Made by a program: the position numbers and the translations under genes. Below the pieces are notes generated by a model. The model did not search any database. It was not told where the DNA came from and saw only the letters and a program-made list of their open reading frames with translations. Of a DNA stretch of 64,000 nucleotides, positions 36,135-45,941 are shown piece by piece (within the stretch, counting starts at the first letter, position 1; every line of letters starts with the position of its first letter). The DNA is from a virus. The stretch lies in UHGV virus genome UHGV-1550212; one strand, 5' to 3'.

Positions 36135-36945
36135 TGTCTTGTACAGGTCCACTAATTTGAACATCGAGGCCAAAGCGCTCAAGATAGCCATCGCAGAAAT
36201 CAAGCCCATATTTGTTGCACTGTCTGAATGCATACTGGAACTTATCCAAGATTGCCCATAGATAAGGCTTTGAGCCTTCTGTGGGATATCCGCCCTTTCT
36301 GTAATGCCACCAGCGCATGATATCATGAAACTCCCAATCTTCTGCTTCACATTCTACTGTAAAGCAGTCATGATATTTTGCCATCTGAGGCCAGAGTTCA
36401 GTATTGATGCGTTGACGAGTTGCTGCGCAGTCATCAAGCAACTCAAGAAACTCTTCAGGCGCATCAATCATGGGCAGATTTGCTTCATTGACATCTATTT
36501 CTGCATCATTCGACAGCAGCTTTGTGATACGACCATTATGCTCCGCAATGTCCTCATAGACTTTTTTGCGCGTAGCATCCATAGTCGCAGTCCACTTCGT
36601 GCCCTCTTCAATTTTCGGAAGTTGCTTGTCTTTGTTTTCATTCCATTCAGGTGACTGGTCGAATATTGCCTTGCGACGAATATCGACAAGCTCCAAAAAG
36701 AAGGGCTTCGTCAACATAACAGTGTCACCCAGAATTTCTTTTGCTTGTTCAAAGCCCTCAATTTTGATTGAGTCTGCTGCAGCACAAATCTGCTCCTGAA
36801 TTTTGTCTGCAGCTTCAAGAATGATGCGAGCTTTTGTTTTGATGTCGTAAGATGCAGAATGTAAGCCAAGCTGCTCTGCAATTTCTACGGAATTTTGAAG
36901 ACGAGCCTGCATGGCTTCTTCATTGTTCTTCTTTCCTCGTGCCAT
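36112..36945 (-). CDS. Hypothetical protein (277 aa)
   Basis: ORF; acidic, no motif recognised. Confidence 0.5.
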   Translation of the reverse strand: MARGKKNNEEAMQARLQNSVEIAEQLGLHSASYDIKTKARIILEAADKIQEQICAAADSIKIEGFEQAKEILGDTVMLTKPFFLELVDIRRKAIFDQSPEWNENKDKQLPKIEEGTKWTATMDATRKKVYEDIAEHNGRITKLLSNDAEIDVNEANLPMIDAPEEFLELLDDCAATRQRINTELWPQMAKYHDCFTVECEAEDWEFHDIMRWWHYRKGGYPTEGSKPYLWAILDKFQYAFRQCNKYGLDFCDGYLERFGLDVQISGPVQDNAYEWDL

Positions 36946-36960
36946 AATGTTATTGTTTTG

Positions 36961-37209
36961 CTATATGAGACTTGTTATGACTTCAAGCACATGTTCTTTT
37001 GAATAGCACTTATCAAACTTATGCTTGAAGTCAAATAGTGACTCAAGCTTTGTTAAGTACCATTGATTGTCATACTTGAACCAGACTCGAGCATTTGCCG
37101 AACATATTGCATGCATTGCAGCATTCTGGTCTTCTTCAGGATTACGCCACTTAGACCCAAAGTGATATTGCAATGTAATGCCGCATTTATGAATTTCGTG
37201 CAATTTCAT
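36961..37209 (-). CDS. Hypothetical small protein (82 aa)
   Basis: ORF. Confidence 0.4.
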   Translation of the reverse strand: MKLHEIHKCGITLQYHFGSKWRNPEEDQNAAMHAICSANARVWFKYDNQWYLTKLESLFDFKHKFDKCYSKEHVLEVITSLI

Positions 37210-37218
37210 GTGTACTTG

Positions 37219-37473
37219 CTAAAATGTTAACTGTAATGACTTGATATTGCTGCATTCGATTTTTAACATGGCCAACTTGTCATGTGCAGCCATTGCGTCA
37301 TATTTGATGTTTGCAATTTCGAGCTTTTGTGCAATTTTGTATGCAGTGGCAGCATCAGTAGATATGCAGATGCAATTGCCAATGACTATATTTGCTGCAT
37401 CTGTTATGTTAACTTTGCATGCATTATCATTGTTATCAATGACTTCGATGCATTTGATTGAGTTAAAGTCCAT
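37219..37473 (-). CDS. Hypothetical small protein (84 aa)
   Basis: ORF with promoter-like motif 37526-37554 upstream. Confidence 0.4.
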   Translation of the reverse strand: MDFNSIKCIEVIDNNDNACKVNITDAANIVIGNCICISTDAATAYKIAQKLEIANIKYDAMAAHDKLAMLKIECSNIKSLQLTF

Positions 37474-37525
37474 ATTGCAGAGGTTTAGTATATTTGACTC
37501 TATATTATTTATAGATTAATACTAC

Positions 37526-37554
37526 ACACTTGCAGATTTTGCACTTAATTGATA
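37526..37554 (-). promoter_or_regulatory. Promoter-like motif (sense GTGCAAAATCTGCAAGTGTGTAGTATTAAT)
   Basis: Recurrent motif in the divergent intergenic region. Confidence 0.4.
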
Positions 37555-37644
37555 AATAATTTGTAAACATTTTCACAAACTTTTAACAGCTCTTTCGCTT
37601 ATGAAAACTACTCAACTCTGGTTTGAACGCCAGCAGTCAATCGC

Positions 37645-37651
37645 GGGGGGG
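37645..37651. repeat. Homopolymeric G7 tract 27 nt upstream of the plus-strand gene at 37678
   Basis: caatcgcgggggggctcttc in an otherwise AT-rich intergenic region. Confidence 0.8.
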
Positions 37652-37677
37652 CTCTTCGTGCTCCTGATTACATAGAT

Positions 37678-38370
37678 GTGCGGTTTACGCTCGTAGATGA
37701 TATGAGCATACATTGTGCATATATGCCAAACATATATGTGTTTGCTGATGGCAATGAGTATGCAATATCTCCAATAGGTTCACAATCACTTGATTATGAC
37801 GGCTCATGTATTGTACGTATTACCAAGTCAGACTGGATTGAAATGTTTGGCGCTGGTGTTACACAAGGCAGACTTAAATTTGGCTATGGTACAAATGAGC
37901 TTGAATTTTGTGAATTGATAAGCACTGCAACTGCTGAAGTCAAATTCGTTATTGGTTATGAGCAAAACCAGTCTGTCACTGCAACATTTAGTGATTTGCT
38001 GCATAATCCACTTGTCGCAACAAACAACAATTCTGCACAAGCAACAATTACATATACATTTAGTCATGCGACATTTAGAACAGCAGCATTTACGATTATC
38101 GGTAATGTGACATTTATTCCAGGCGGTGATGTAAGTAAAACAGCTATAATTCTTGCGCCTAATTATAGTATAACAATTAAGTACACTACGTCATCAACGC
38201 CAAAACTATTTGAGCATTCAATGACATTTGAGCGTAACAATGAAATGCTTGAGTATGTTGGCACTGAAGTAGACAGACATGCGTATTGTCAAATGAGACG
38301 TAGAACTACGGGCTCAACTGTATATTGTCATGTGTATATTGATGATAGCATGCTTAATATGATGGATTGA
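37678..38370 (+). CDS. Hypothetical protein (230 aa), one of only two plus-strand genes
   Basis: ORF begins with GTG at 37678 (ATG alternative at 37702); followed by a strong hairpin. Confidence 0.5.
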   Translation: MRFTLVDDMSIHCAYMPNIYVFADGNEYAISPIGSQSLDYDGSCIVRITKSDWIEMFGAGVTQGRLKFGYGTNELEFCELISTATAEVKFVIGYEQNQSVTATFSDLLHNPLVATNNNSAQATITYTFSHATFRTAAFTIIGNVTFIPGGDVSKTAIILAPNYSITIKYTTSSTPKLFEHSMTFERNNEMLEYVGTEVDRHAYCQMRRRTTGSTVYCHVYIDDSMLNMMD

Positions 38371-38385
38371 TAGTTGTAATATTGC

Positions 38386-38430
38386 GCAAAAAGAAAGCCG
38401 AACTGAATTTCAGTTCGGCTTTCTTTTTGC
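38386..38430. terminator. Perfect 21-bp-stem hairpin with flanking A/T runs; bidirectional terminator between convergent genes
   Basis: gcaaaaagaaagccgaactga / att / tcagttcggctttctttttgc. Confidence 0.7.
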
Positions 38431-38446
38431 ATACGCTTATGCTATG

Positions 38447-41400
38447 TTAGAACAGAGCAATGATGTTGTCGACAAACATAAAGCATGCATGCAGCAATTC
38501 AGCTGTCGGCATCATCTCATATGCTTTGCCATCATACATGAATCGCACAGTGACAATGGGTGACACTTCATCTTTGAATGCAAGCACAGGAACATCTACA
38601 CCTGCAGTCAATTGCACTTCAACATCCTTGTCAGCTGCTACATCTTTAGCAATCACTGTAATATCTCGACAACGACCAGCAGCTACTGCATATCTAACAT
38701 TTGTCAATGTAGCAGACATGTCAGCAAGAGCTTGCATGATTTGTTGCTGAGTAAATTGCTCAACTGACTTCTTTGCAGCCTTGACAGCTTCGATATCTTG
38801 TGTGTTTGCAAGAATCAATGCTACCACTGCAGGGTCAGAAGTAGTCCACCAACGACCATCAATTGCAAGCCACAGTCGATTGCCATTGACGTCAATTGCA
38901 TATGCATATTGAGTGTTTGGCGCCAATGCGACTTTTCGAGTGTTCTTTAAGAACTCTGCCGCATCAGGAGCCGCAACAATGTTCTTGACAAATGACGGCA
39001 GCATTTCAGCTTCAAATGTTTGTGTAGCTTCAAAGACACCGCCATGTGCATCGTCATCAATTCTGCCTGCAAAGCGTTTGCAGATTTGAATGATTGTAGC
39101 CATGCCTACCGTTGAAACGACTTGACGTTTCATTGCAGGCATTTGCAGAGGCATTGTATCTTGCGCAATGTACAATGATGTCGTATTAATAGTGTCAAGT
39201 ACTCGTGCAATGTCTGCAGTATCAACAATTACAAACCAGTCGCCGTCATGGCAGACAATAAGTTGCTTGCTGTCATTTGCATATGTCAGCAATACTGCAA
39301 TGTCATTTTTGATTGAGATTGCAGGAATCCATGCTTGTTGCAGAGGTAAGTCAAGATTTGGTGTGCCGCATGGATAAAGCGCAGATGGCTGCATAATTGA
39401 GCGGCAATCAAAACCTATTGAACTTACAAGCTGCAGAACTTCGCCACGAATGCAAGCATTACTTTGATTCTGTGTCATGTCATATGCAAGCCAACTGCAA
39501 ATTGCTTTGATTGATGACACTGGAAATGCTACGCCAATTGTGCTGTATGCAATCTTGCCGTCTGCTGACAATGACTCATCAACTGCAATGCCAGCATCAT
39601 TGAACAATGACATATCAATTGAACAATGGAATTCGCCACCAGGCATTGGACCTGCAGCAATGCCATAGCCAGGACCAAGTGACAGCCATTCTTTCATTGC
39701 ATCTGAATTGTATGACGAGAACTTGTACAACACGTATGACTTATGCGGGTCACTAACTGACTTGCGAATCTCCATCTTGGCGCCTGCTTTCTTTGCAATT
39801 GCTTTAATGTTATCGGCGTGCTTCTTTGCCTCAGACTTATCAAATTTGCCTTCATCAAGTTGAGCAATCTTGCCAAGCGCATAAGCAGTCCATGCAATTG
39901 ACAATTGATTCAGCGCGCCAACTTCTGACCACGACTTTTCTGCAAACCATGAGCCAAGACCAGATTTGTCAAGAGTTTCTTTGCGTTCAGCTTTTGTTGC
40001 AGCATCCCACCACTTGCCTGTTGCAGGCAACACAACGTCTTTGATTTGCTCCTTGCGAAGCTCATTGACACCGATTTTGCCCTCATGAACATGCGCATTT
40101 GCATGATATGCTCTAAGAGCAGCCAATGCAGCATCATATGAGTCATAGTCTTGCGGCCAGAATTCCCCATTCTTGCCAATGATGCCCCATACGCCCTTTG
40201 ACTTTTCTTGTATGACAGAATCTTTGTCACCGGCAGCTTCATTGACAAATGCTGTGTTAAGATACGCAATGACATGCTGAAGCTCTTTGTCATCTGCAGA
40301 CTCATTGACATTCTTAGCGTAATCACCAAGAATTGATTCAACTTTGCCACGCAAATTGCTTGGCATATCATCAAGGTCAAGATTGCCATACTTCGTGACT
40401 TCTGGTTGAGACAATCCAAGCAATTTCAACACCTTATCACGGTACTTGTTTGCGAGCTTCTTCCAAATCCAGCGGAATGTTACAGCGCCAATCAGAAATT
40501 TGATGAGGCCCTCATCAAGTACATGCTGTTCACGCAAATATGACGTAATGCATGAACGTTGACCATCAGTCAAGTCAACCCACATTTTATCAAGCAATAT
40601 TGAATCTGGGTTGCTTGCAATGCCAGCACCACTGCGGTTGTACACATTCATTCTGTCAATTGCTGGTGTTGCGTCATTGTCCCACCAAGCTTGTGCATAT
40701 GAACATCCAGCAGGATTTGAGATTGCCTCATTAATGTACATGACATTGAAGATTTCGCAAAGACGCTTGCGGCATTCATGTGACATAACTTGCCATTGTT
40801 CGGCAATTTTGTCTTCTGACCACTGCAGCAACATGTCTGCAAATTCTTTACCTGCGCATTGCTCAACTACACCATGTTTTGAACGCCAATAATTGTCAGG
40901 CTCAATCTGCGCAATTGCATGAACAAATGAAGTCAGATTGTATGACGCAGATTCGCAAATGCAATGCTGTTCAATGTAGCTACGAACAGCAAGTGCAGTG
41001 TCTTCCGGCAAGTTGCTATATGGTGACTCATAGATGTTTGCTTGCTGATTGAGCATATGTGGAGCAACTTCTGCAATGATTTGCTTGCGAACATTCAATG
41101 GCCATGCATTCCATGAAGATTCTACAGATTCATCAAGATGCATGCCAATTGCATCCATAACTGCATCAGCATCTTTGCCCAACAGTTCGTCAAACAATTT
41201 GTCTACTACTGCAGTGTCATATCGCAAATTTGGCTGAGCTTTTGCAAGAGCATTCATCATTGCTTTGCGTTCTTGTTTTGACGCATTGTTCCATGTGCCA
41301 GCATACAATTCTGCTGTCGCGCTTTCACAGACAATATCTGCAGCAGCATATGCTTGCTTCATAATGTCCATGAAGATTGACTTCATTTTTGGATGCATCA

Positions 41401-41653
41401 CATGATACTTTTCATTGTAGATGTCAAGTACGCCATAAACATCTTTCAATGGTCGAATGCTTTCTGATGAGCCGAATGATGGCTTCAAAATTGAATTGCA
41501 TACACGTTCAACGGTGCCACGCATAAACTTGACATCACTTCGCTTGTCACTGATAGACATAAATGCATCAATGACAGACTTGATGGTGTCATCTGCAGCT
41601 TCATTAACAAAGCCTACTGGTCGACCGCCAAACTTGTTTGTTTGTGTTGTCAT
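38447..41653 (-). CDS. Large hypothetical protein (1068 aa)
   Basis: Uninterrupted ORF; no catalytic motif recognised by eye. Confidence 0.6.
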   Translation of the reverse strand: MTTQTNKFGGRPVGFVNEAADDTIKSVIDAFMSISDKRSDVKFMRGTVERVCNSILKPSFGSSESIRPLKDVYGVLDIYNEKYHVMHPKMKSIFMDIMKQAYAAADIVCESATAELYAGTWNNASKQERKAMMNALAKAQPNLRYDTAVVDKLFDELLGKDADAVMDAIGMHLDESVESSWNAWPLNVRKQIIAEVAPHMLNQQANIYESPYSNLPEDTALAVRSYIEQHCICESASYNLTSFVHAIAQIEPDNYWRSKHGVVEQCAGKEFADMLLQWSEDKIAEQWQVMSHECRKRLCEIFNVMYINEAISNPAGCSYAQAWWDNDATPAIDRMNVYNRSGAGIASNPDSILLDKMWVDLTDGQRSCITSYLREQHVLDEGLIKFLIGAVTFRWIWKKLANKYRDKVLKLLGLSQPEVTKYGNLDLDDMPSNLRGKVESILGDYAKNVNESADDKELQHVIAYLNTAFVNEAAGDKDSVIQEKSKGVWGIIGKNGEFWPQDYDSYDAALAALRAYHANAHVHEGKIGVNELRKEQIKDVVLPATGKWWDAATKAERKETLDKSGLGSWFAEKSWSEVGALNQLSIAWTAYALGKIAQLDEGKFDKSEAKKHADNIKAIAKKAGAKMEIRKSVSDPHKSYVLYKFSSYNSDAMKEWLSLGPGYGIAAGPMPGGEFHCSIDMSLFNDAGIAVDESLSADGKIAYSTIGVAFPVSSIKAICSWLAYDMTQNQSNACIRGEVLQLVSSIGFDCRSIMQPSALYPCGTPNLDLPLQQAWIPAISIKNDIAVLLTYANDSKQLIVCHDGDWFVIVDTADIARVLDTINTTSLYIAQDTMPLQMPAMKRQVVSTVGMATIIQICKRFAGRIDDDAHGGVFEATQTFEAEMLPSFVKNIVAAPDAAEFLKNTRKVALAPNTQYAYAIDVNGNRLWLAIDGRWWTTSDPAVVALILANTQDIEAVKAAKKSVEQFTQQQIMQALADMSATLTNVRYAVAAGRCRDITVIAKDVAADKDVEVQLTAGVDVPVLAFKDEVSPIVTVRFMYDGKAYEMMPTAELLHACFMFVDNIIALF

Positions 41654-41712
41654 ATATCAACTATTTTGATTGTCAATCAATTGATTTGTTTGTTATATGT
41701 ATGCAACAATGC

Positions 41713-41748
41713 AAAATGAACCTGCAAATTTCTTCGCAGGTTCATTTT
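41713..41748 (-). terminator. Hairpin (13-bp stem aaaatgaacctgc / gcaggttcatttt) downstream of the reductase gene
   Basis: Inverted repeat followed on the sense strand by a T-rich run. Confidence 0.5.
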
Positions 41749-41766
41749 TGAGCATGTCATGCAATA

Positions 41767-44700
41767 TCAATTACATGCTGAATGTCCGCAGTTGGTGCAT
41801 CGAACACAGCCATCAAACTTGACCATGTCACCGCCGCATTCAGGACACTTTGCATACATCTTTGAGCCATCTTGAATATGCAGTTTCAATGCGCGCCCAA
41901 TTGCTTTGCAGAATGTTCCGACAGATGCAAAGCTTTTTGCAGTTTGGTCGACAATTTCGCCAAGGTCAATGCCATTGCGAAGCATCGTTGAGTACAGTCG
42001 AGTAATTGTTTGCTGCTCGTCTGAACCAAGACGTTCTGAGATATTATCATAGTGCTGCAAGAATGACAAATTATCACCAAGCTTGTAGTGCTTCTTATCA
42101 GTCTTTGTGATTGTCGTTTGTTCAATGCCTTGCAACTTGTCGAATTCATCTTTGTCAAGTTCAAATGCAAAGATTTCATAAGGTCGACCGTCATCACAGC
42201 CTACAAGAATACACCACTTGCGCTTATACACTGACACGCAATACACTGCAGCAGGCAATACTGGTTTTCGTTTTGAGCGATGACCAGATTGCAAGATGTG
42301 CGACTTGTCTTTTGACTGCTTGTCATCTTTTACGAGAACACCTGCACGTGAGCCATCTCGATAAATTGTGCAGCCTTTGCAGCCAGATTTCCATGCAGTC
42401 AGATAAATTTCACGAACAAGCTCTTTTGTTGCAGAGTTTGGAATGTTGACCGTTACAGAAATTGACGAGTCAATGTATTTTTGCAATGCACCTTGCAATT
42501 TCACCTTGCCAATCCAGTCAACATCTTCAGTAGTTGCCTTGTAGTATGGTGATTGAATAAGCAATTCATCAATGACTGCTTGCGGAGCATTTGACAACCA
42601 AGCTTTGATGCGAGACATTTCTGCTTCTGACCATTCAATGCCAGTATCTTTGACAAGAGTAAATTTGCCATCGCCAAGCTGCACTCGTTTACAAATCCAC
42701 TGCATCAACGGATAATGAACTACAGCGTATTCAATGAACTTGTCACCAGTAGTCTCATCAATGAAGTTGATGTCGGCCTCATTATCAACTGCAGTTGGCT
42801 TACGACGACGTTTATGTAGTGGCATAAATACGGGCTCAATACCAGACGTTGTCTGAGTCATCAAAGCTGTAGTGCCTGTTGGTGCAATTGTGGTCGTGTT
42901 AATGTTTCGACGGCCAAATTGCTGATAAGTTTTGATGTGCTCATCATCAATCAGTTCAGATAGCATACGCTGGATGAACTTTGATTGCACATCTGTGTCA
43001 TAGTCAAATATTGCAAATGAGCCACGAATCTTTGCCAAGTCAATTGACGCTTCATAAGTCGCCTTTACAAGCCATTGTTGCATAGTGACTGCGAAGTCAA
43101 TTGACTCCTGCGAGCCATAACGCAAGCCAAGCATCGCCATTGCATCGCCAAGCGCAAGGAAGCCCATGCCATATCGACGAGTGTTTGTCAGTTTATCATA
43201 AACTTTGTGCCACAAGTCAAGTTCAGTCTTTTTGATGTCAAAGTCTTCTTTATCTGACCGAACCTTTGCAATGATTCGTTGCACTGCTTCAATTTCAAGC
43301 TGCACAAGGTCATCCATGATGACTGCACAGTCATATGTATCTTTGTAGAATGTCTCAAAGTCAAATGATGCATCAGCAGTCCAAGGATTAAGCACATATG
43401 CAGTCAAATTGCGATGCGACAAAATGCAGCTTGCATATGCAGCGAGAGGCTGTTCACCGCAATTTAGTGTATTGACTACTTGCTTGTCATTGACAGCAAT
43501 AAAGAAATTGTGGAAGTCTTCTACTGTGCCATTGTACACATCTGCTTTGTTCATGTGACGTGTTGCAACGACTTTGACAATTGCATCACCAGTAGTGTCA
43601 ATGTCTGCATATTTGCTGCAGTCACCTAACGCTGCGCAAGCATCACAGCAATATGCTTGTTCACGATTGTCATAAGAAACTTCGAATTCTTTACCACAGC
43701 ACTCGCATTGTTTGATAACTGTGTTTCGTTCTGTTTTTACAAGCTCGTCAGTCTTCAATGCAATTGATAGCTTATCTGCGCTTGGCATATCAATTGCCCA
43801 CAATGAGTCATTTGTTGCAAGGTCAATTGCATTCTTGAAATCGCCATTAGCAAGCCTGAACTCATGATTTGCTGTGCAATTGATGACATGGCCGTCATCA
43901 AGCACAATTTGAATGATTTGCGCATTATGTGCAGTCAATCTGGGTCGACGCATTGTGCGCACAACGAGCTTGCCATTAGAGTCAAGACAATATACTGGAA
44001 TGTCTTCACCACTATCAGCAAGCTCTTTGAATGTCTTCAAACCTGAGCCATCAGCAACAAGTACTTTTGTGTCACCTGTGAAGCATGGATTTGTTGAGCG
44101 CTCTTCATACATTTTGCCATATGCTTTCGAGTTCGACTCTTCCATGATACGGTCCCAGAAGAACACGCCGGGTTCTGCAGATGCCCATACGTTATCAACA
44201 ATTTTGTCAAACAATGCTTTTGCATCTGATGTCTTATGCAGCTCTTGGCCATTAGAGCCACGCCAAACATGCTCAAACTGTTGTTCTGCAAGCACTGCAC
44301 GCATAAATGCATCAGTAAGCTTGATTGAAATGTTTGCGCCTGTGATTTTCGTCAAGTCCTTTTTTGCATCAATGAACTTATCTGCGTCAGGATGCTCAAT
44401 TGACAATGACAACATCAATGCGCCACGCCTGCCATTTTGTGCAACTTCTTTTGTTGATGTTGAAAAACGTTCCATAAATGACACTACACCAGAAGTTGTA
44501 ATAGCACTGTTATGCACTTCTACGTCTTCTGGACGAATGTGCGACAAATCATGACCAACGCCACCACGACGCTTCATCAACTGAACTTGCTCTTCATCTG
44601 TTTTGAAGATGCCGCCATATGAATCTGCGTCATTGCCAATTACATAGCAATTTGACATTGACGTGTAACCGCCAAGACCAATACCAGCCATTGGAGAACC

Positions 44701-44988
44701 ACCAAGCACAAACCGCTTAAAAGGCTCAAGTAAATATGCAAGTCGTTCTTTTGACAATACACGTTTGCCTGTCTGTTCTTCAAATTGTGATTCGATGCGG
44801 TCAAATTCATTGACCCAGCGCTCATGCATATCAGACAATGAGTGTTCATACAAATTGTCTTTGTCATGATGCAAGTATTTTGACATGCATATGTCAGCAG
44901 CCATTGAATCGCCTGTAAATTCATGCGTCAGTGTAGTGTGCACTTCAGCATATTCAGGCGACCCAATTTGAATGGGATGTTTTGTCAT
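41767..44988 (-). CDS. nrdJ: Ribonucleotide reductase, class II-like (NrdJ-type) catalytic chain, interrupted by an intein
   Basis: RRGALMLSLSIEHPDADKFIDAK signature; catalytic motif split as ...ERSTNP | intein | CGEQPLAAY, giving NPCGEQPL after excision; C-terminal zinc ribbon CPECGG ... CVRCTNCGHSAC. Start at MTKHPIQ (ATG 44988). Confidence 0.75.
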   Translation of the reverse strand: MTKHPIQIGSPEYAEVHTTLTHEFTGDSMAADICMSKYLHHDKDNLYEHSLSDMHERWVNEFDRIESQFEEQTGKRVLSKERLAYLLEPFKRFVLGGSPMAGIGLGGYTSMSNCYVIGNDADSYGGIFKTDEEQVQLMKRRGGVGHDLSHIRPEDVEVHNSAITTSGVVSFMERFSTSTKEVAQNGRRGALMLSLSIEHPDADKFIDAKKDLTKITGANISIKLTDAFMRAVLAEQQFEHVWRGSNGQELHKTSDAKALFDKIVDNVWASAEPGVFFWDRIMEESNSKAYGKMYEERSTNPCFTGDTKVLVADGSGLKTFKELADSGEDIPVYCLDSNGKLVVRTMRRPRLTAHNAQIIQIVLDDGHVINCTANHEFRLANGDFKNAIDLATNDSLWAIDMPSADKLSIALKTDELVKTERNTVIKQCECCGKEFEVSYDNREQAYCCDACAALGDCSKYADIDTTGDAIVKVVATRHMNKADVYNGTVEDFHNFFIAVNDKQVVNTLNCGEQPLAAYASCILSHRNLTAYVLNPWTADASFDFETFYKDTYDCAVIMDDLVQLEIEAVQRIIAKVRSDKEDFDIKKTELDLWHKVYDKLTNTRRYGMGFLALGDAMAMLGLRYGSQESIDFAVTMQQWLVKATYEASIDLAKIRGSFAIFDYDTDVQSKFIQRMLSELIDDEHIKTYQQFGRRNINTTTIAPTGTTALMTQTTSGIEPVFMPLHKRRRKPTAVDNEADINFIDETTGDKFIEYAVVHYPLMQWICKRVQLGDGKFTLVKDTGIEWSEAEMSRIKAWLSNAPQAVIDELLIQSPYYKATTEDVDWIGKVKLQGALQKYIDSSISVTVNIPNSATKELVREIYLTAWKSGCKGCTIYRDGSRAGVLVKDDKQSKDKSHILQSGHRSKRKPVLPAAVYCVSVYKRKWCILVGCDDGRPYEIFAFELDKDEFDKLQGIEQTTITKTDKKHYKLGDNLSFLQHYDNISERLGSDEQQTITRLYSTMLRNGIDLGEIVDQTAKSFASVGTFCKAIGRALKLHIQDGSKMYAKCPECGGDMVKFDGCVRCTNCGHSACN
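43462..44085 (-). mobile_element. Intein (208 aa) inserted at the catalytic Cys of the reductase
   Basis: Starts CFTGDTKVLV (block A), block B TANHEF, block F DVYNGTVEDFHNFFIAV, ends ...VVNTLN followed by Cys +1; middle has a small Cys cluster (CECCGK ... CCDAC ... C), no LAGLIDADG motif seen. Confidence 0.65.
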
Positions 44989-45029
44989 TGTAACAGTGCA
45001 TTTAAGTGTTTTAACTGTTTTATGTATAA

Positions 45030-45057
45030 ATTGTACAACAATGGGCAAAATTTTGCA
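45030..45057 (-). promoter_or_regulatory. Promoter-like motif (sense TGATGCAAAATTTTGCCCATTGTTGTACAAT)
   Basis: About 40 nt upstream of the reductase ATG; its TGCAAA element lies inside the left arm of the hairpin at 45055-45108. Confidence 0.45.
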
Positions 45058-45108
45058 TCAACTCAAAACAGCCAAGCAATTCATTGCTTGGCTGTTTTGA
45101 GTTGATGC
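45055..45108 (-). terminator. Perfect 25-bp-stem hairpin (loop ttca)
   Basis: gcatcaactcaaaacagccaagcaa / ttca / ttgcttggctgttttgagttgatgc. Confidence 0.55.
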
Positions 45109-45296
45109 GCACCTGCTATTTTACTTGAACAGCTTCTGCAAGAATGAAACTGCAATCTACTACATCATCTTCTTCGCATTTAGAATTGAAGTACTGCTGA
45201 GCATCCTTGGCATTGTCAAATGCTTCATACCATCGATGGTCAATGTAGTCTACTAATACAAGATAGTGTTTCATAGTTAGTTGCAGTTAGTTGTAG

Positions 45297-45752
45297 TTAT
45301 TGTGCTTTACCAGTGTAATAAGTGATTGCATCAATGTAAGGCTGTTCTTTAGACATTAGCCAATCAATGCCAAATACTGTATCTTGACGAAATCTTCGTT
45401 GTGCAATCATTTGAACTTCGATTGGCATATCTACGTCCTTGCCAAATCTGATTGTATTTGCAAGTTCTGTGATTGCATATCTGAGAATTGTGTCAGTACT
45501 CATTGTTAATGTGCTTTCCGGCAATTGCCAGTAACGTTCTTGGAATGCTCGATTTGCTGAGTAAGTCCAAAGTTCAAGTCTTGCATTTCTGCAATCATAT
45601 GAAACAATCAGACTTAATCCTTTTGTCCAGCAATGTGCTATCTTAATGATAGGGTTGTTGTCATTGATTGATGACATTGCTTGCAATCTTTCGAAATCTT
45701 TAACATATCTGTTATCATTCGAAAGCTGTTCCATTATTTCACCGTAAGTCAT
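45297..45752 (-). CDS. Hypothetical protein (151 aa)
   Basis: ORF with promoter-like motif at 45798-45825. Confidence 0.5.
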   Translation of the reverse strand: MTYGEIMEQLSNDNRYVKDFERLQAMSSINDNNPIIKIAHCWTKGLSLIVSYDCRNARLELWTYSANRAFQERYWQLPESTLTMSTDTILRYAITELANTIRFGKDVDMPIEVQMIAQRRFRQDTVFGIDWLMSKEQPYIDAITYYTGKAQ

Positions 45753-45797
45753 TGTAGTAGAGGTTAAAATATATTAATATATAATAATTATACTACA

Positions 45798-45825
45798 AAG
45801 TTGTCAGATTTGCACCAGAATGTAT
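45798..45825 (-). promoter_or_regulatory. Promoter-like motif (sense GGTGCAAATCTGACAACTTTGTAGTATAA)
   Basis: Recurrent motif upstream of the start at 45752. Confidence 0.45.
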
Positions 45826-45941
45826 AACAAGTTTGCATAAAAGTTTTACATAAAATGCAAACAAAACAAGCAGACTGCAATTGCAGCCTGCTTGCGCCAA
45901 AACAGAAAAAGATGATAACTTACTAACCCAAAAACCTAACT

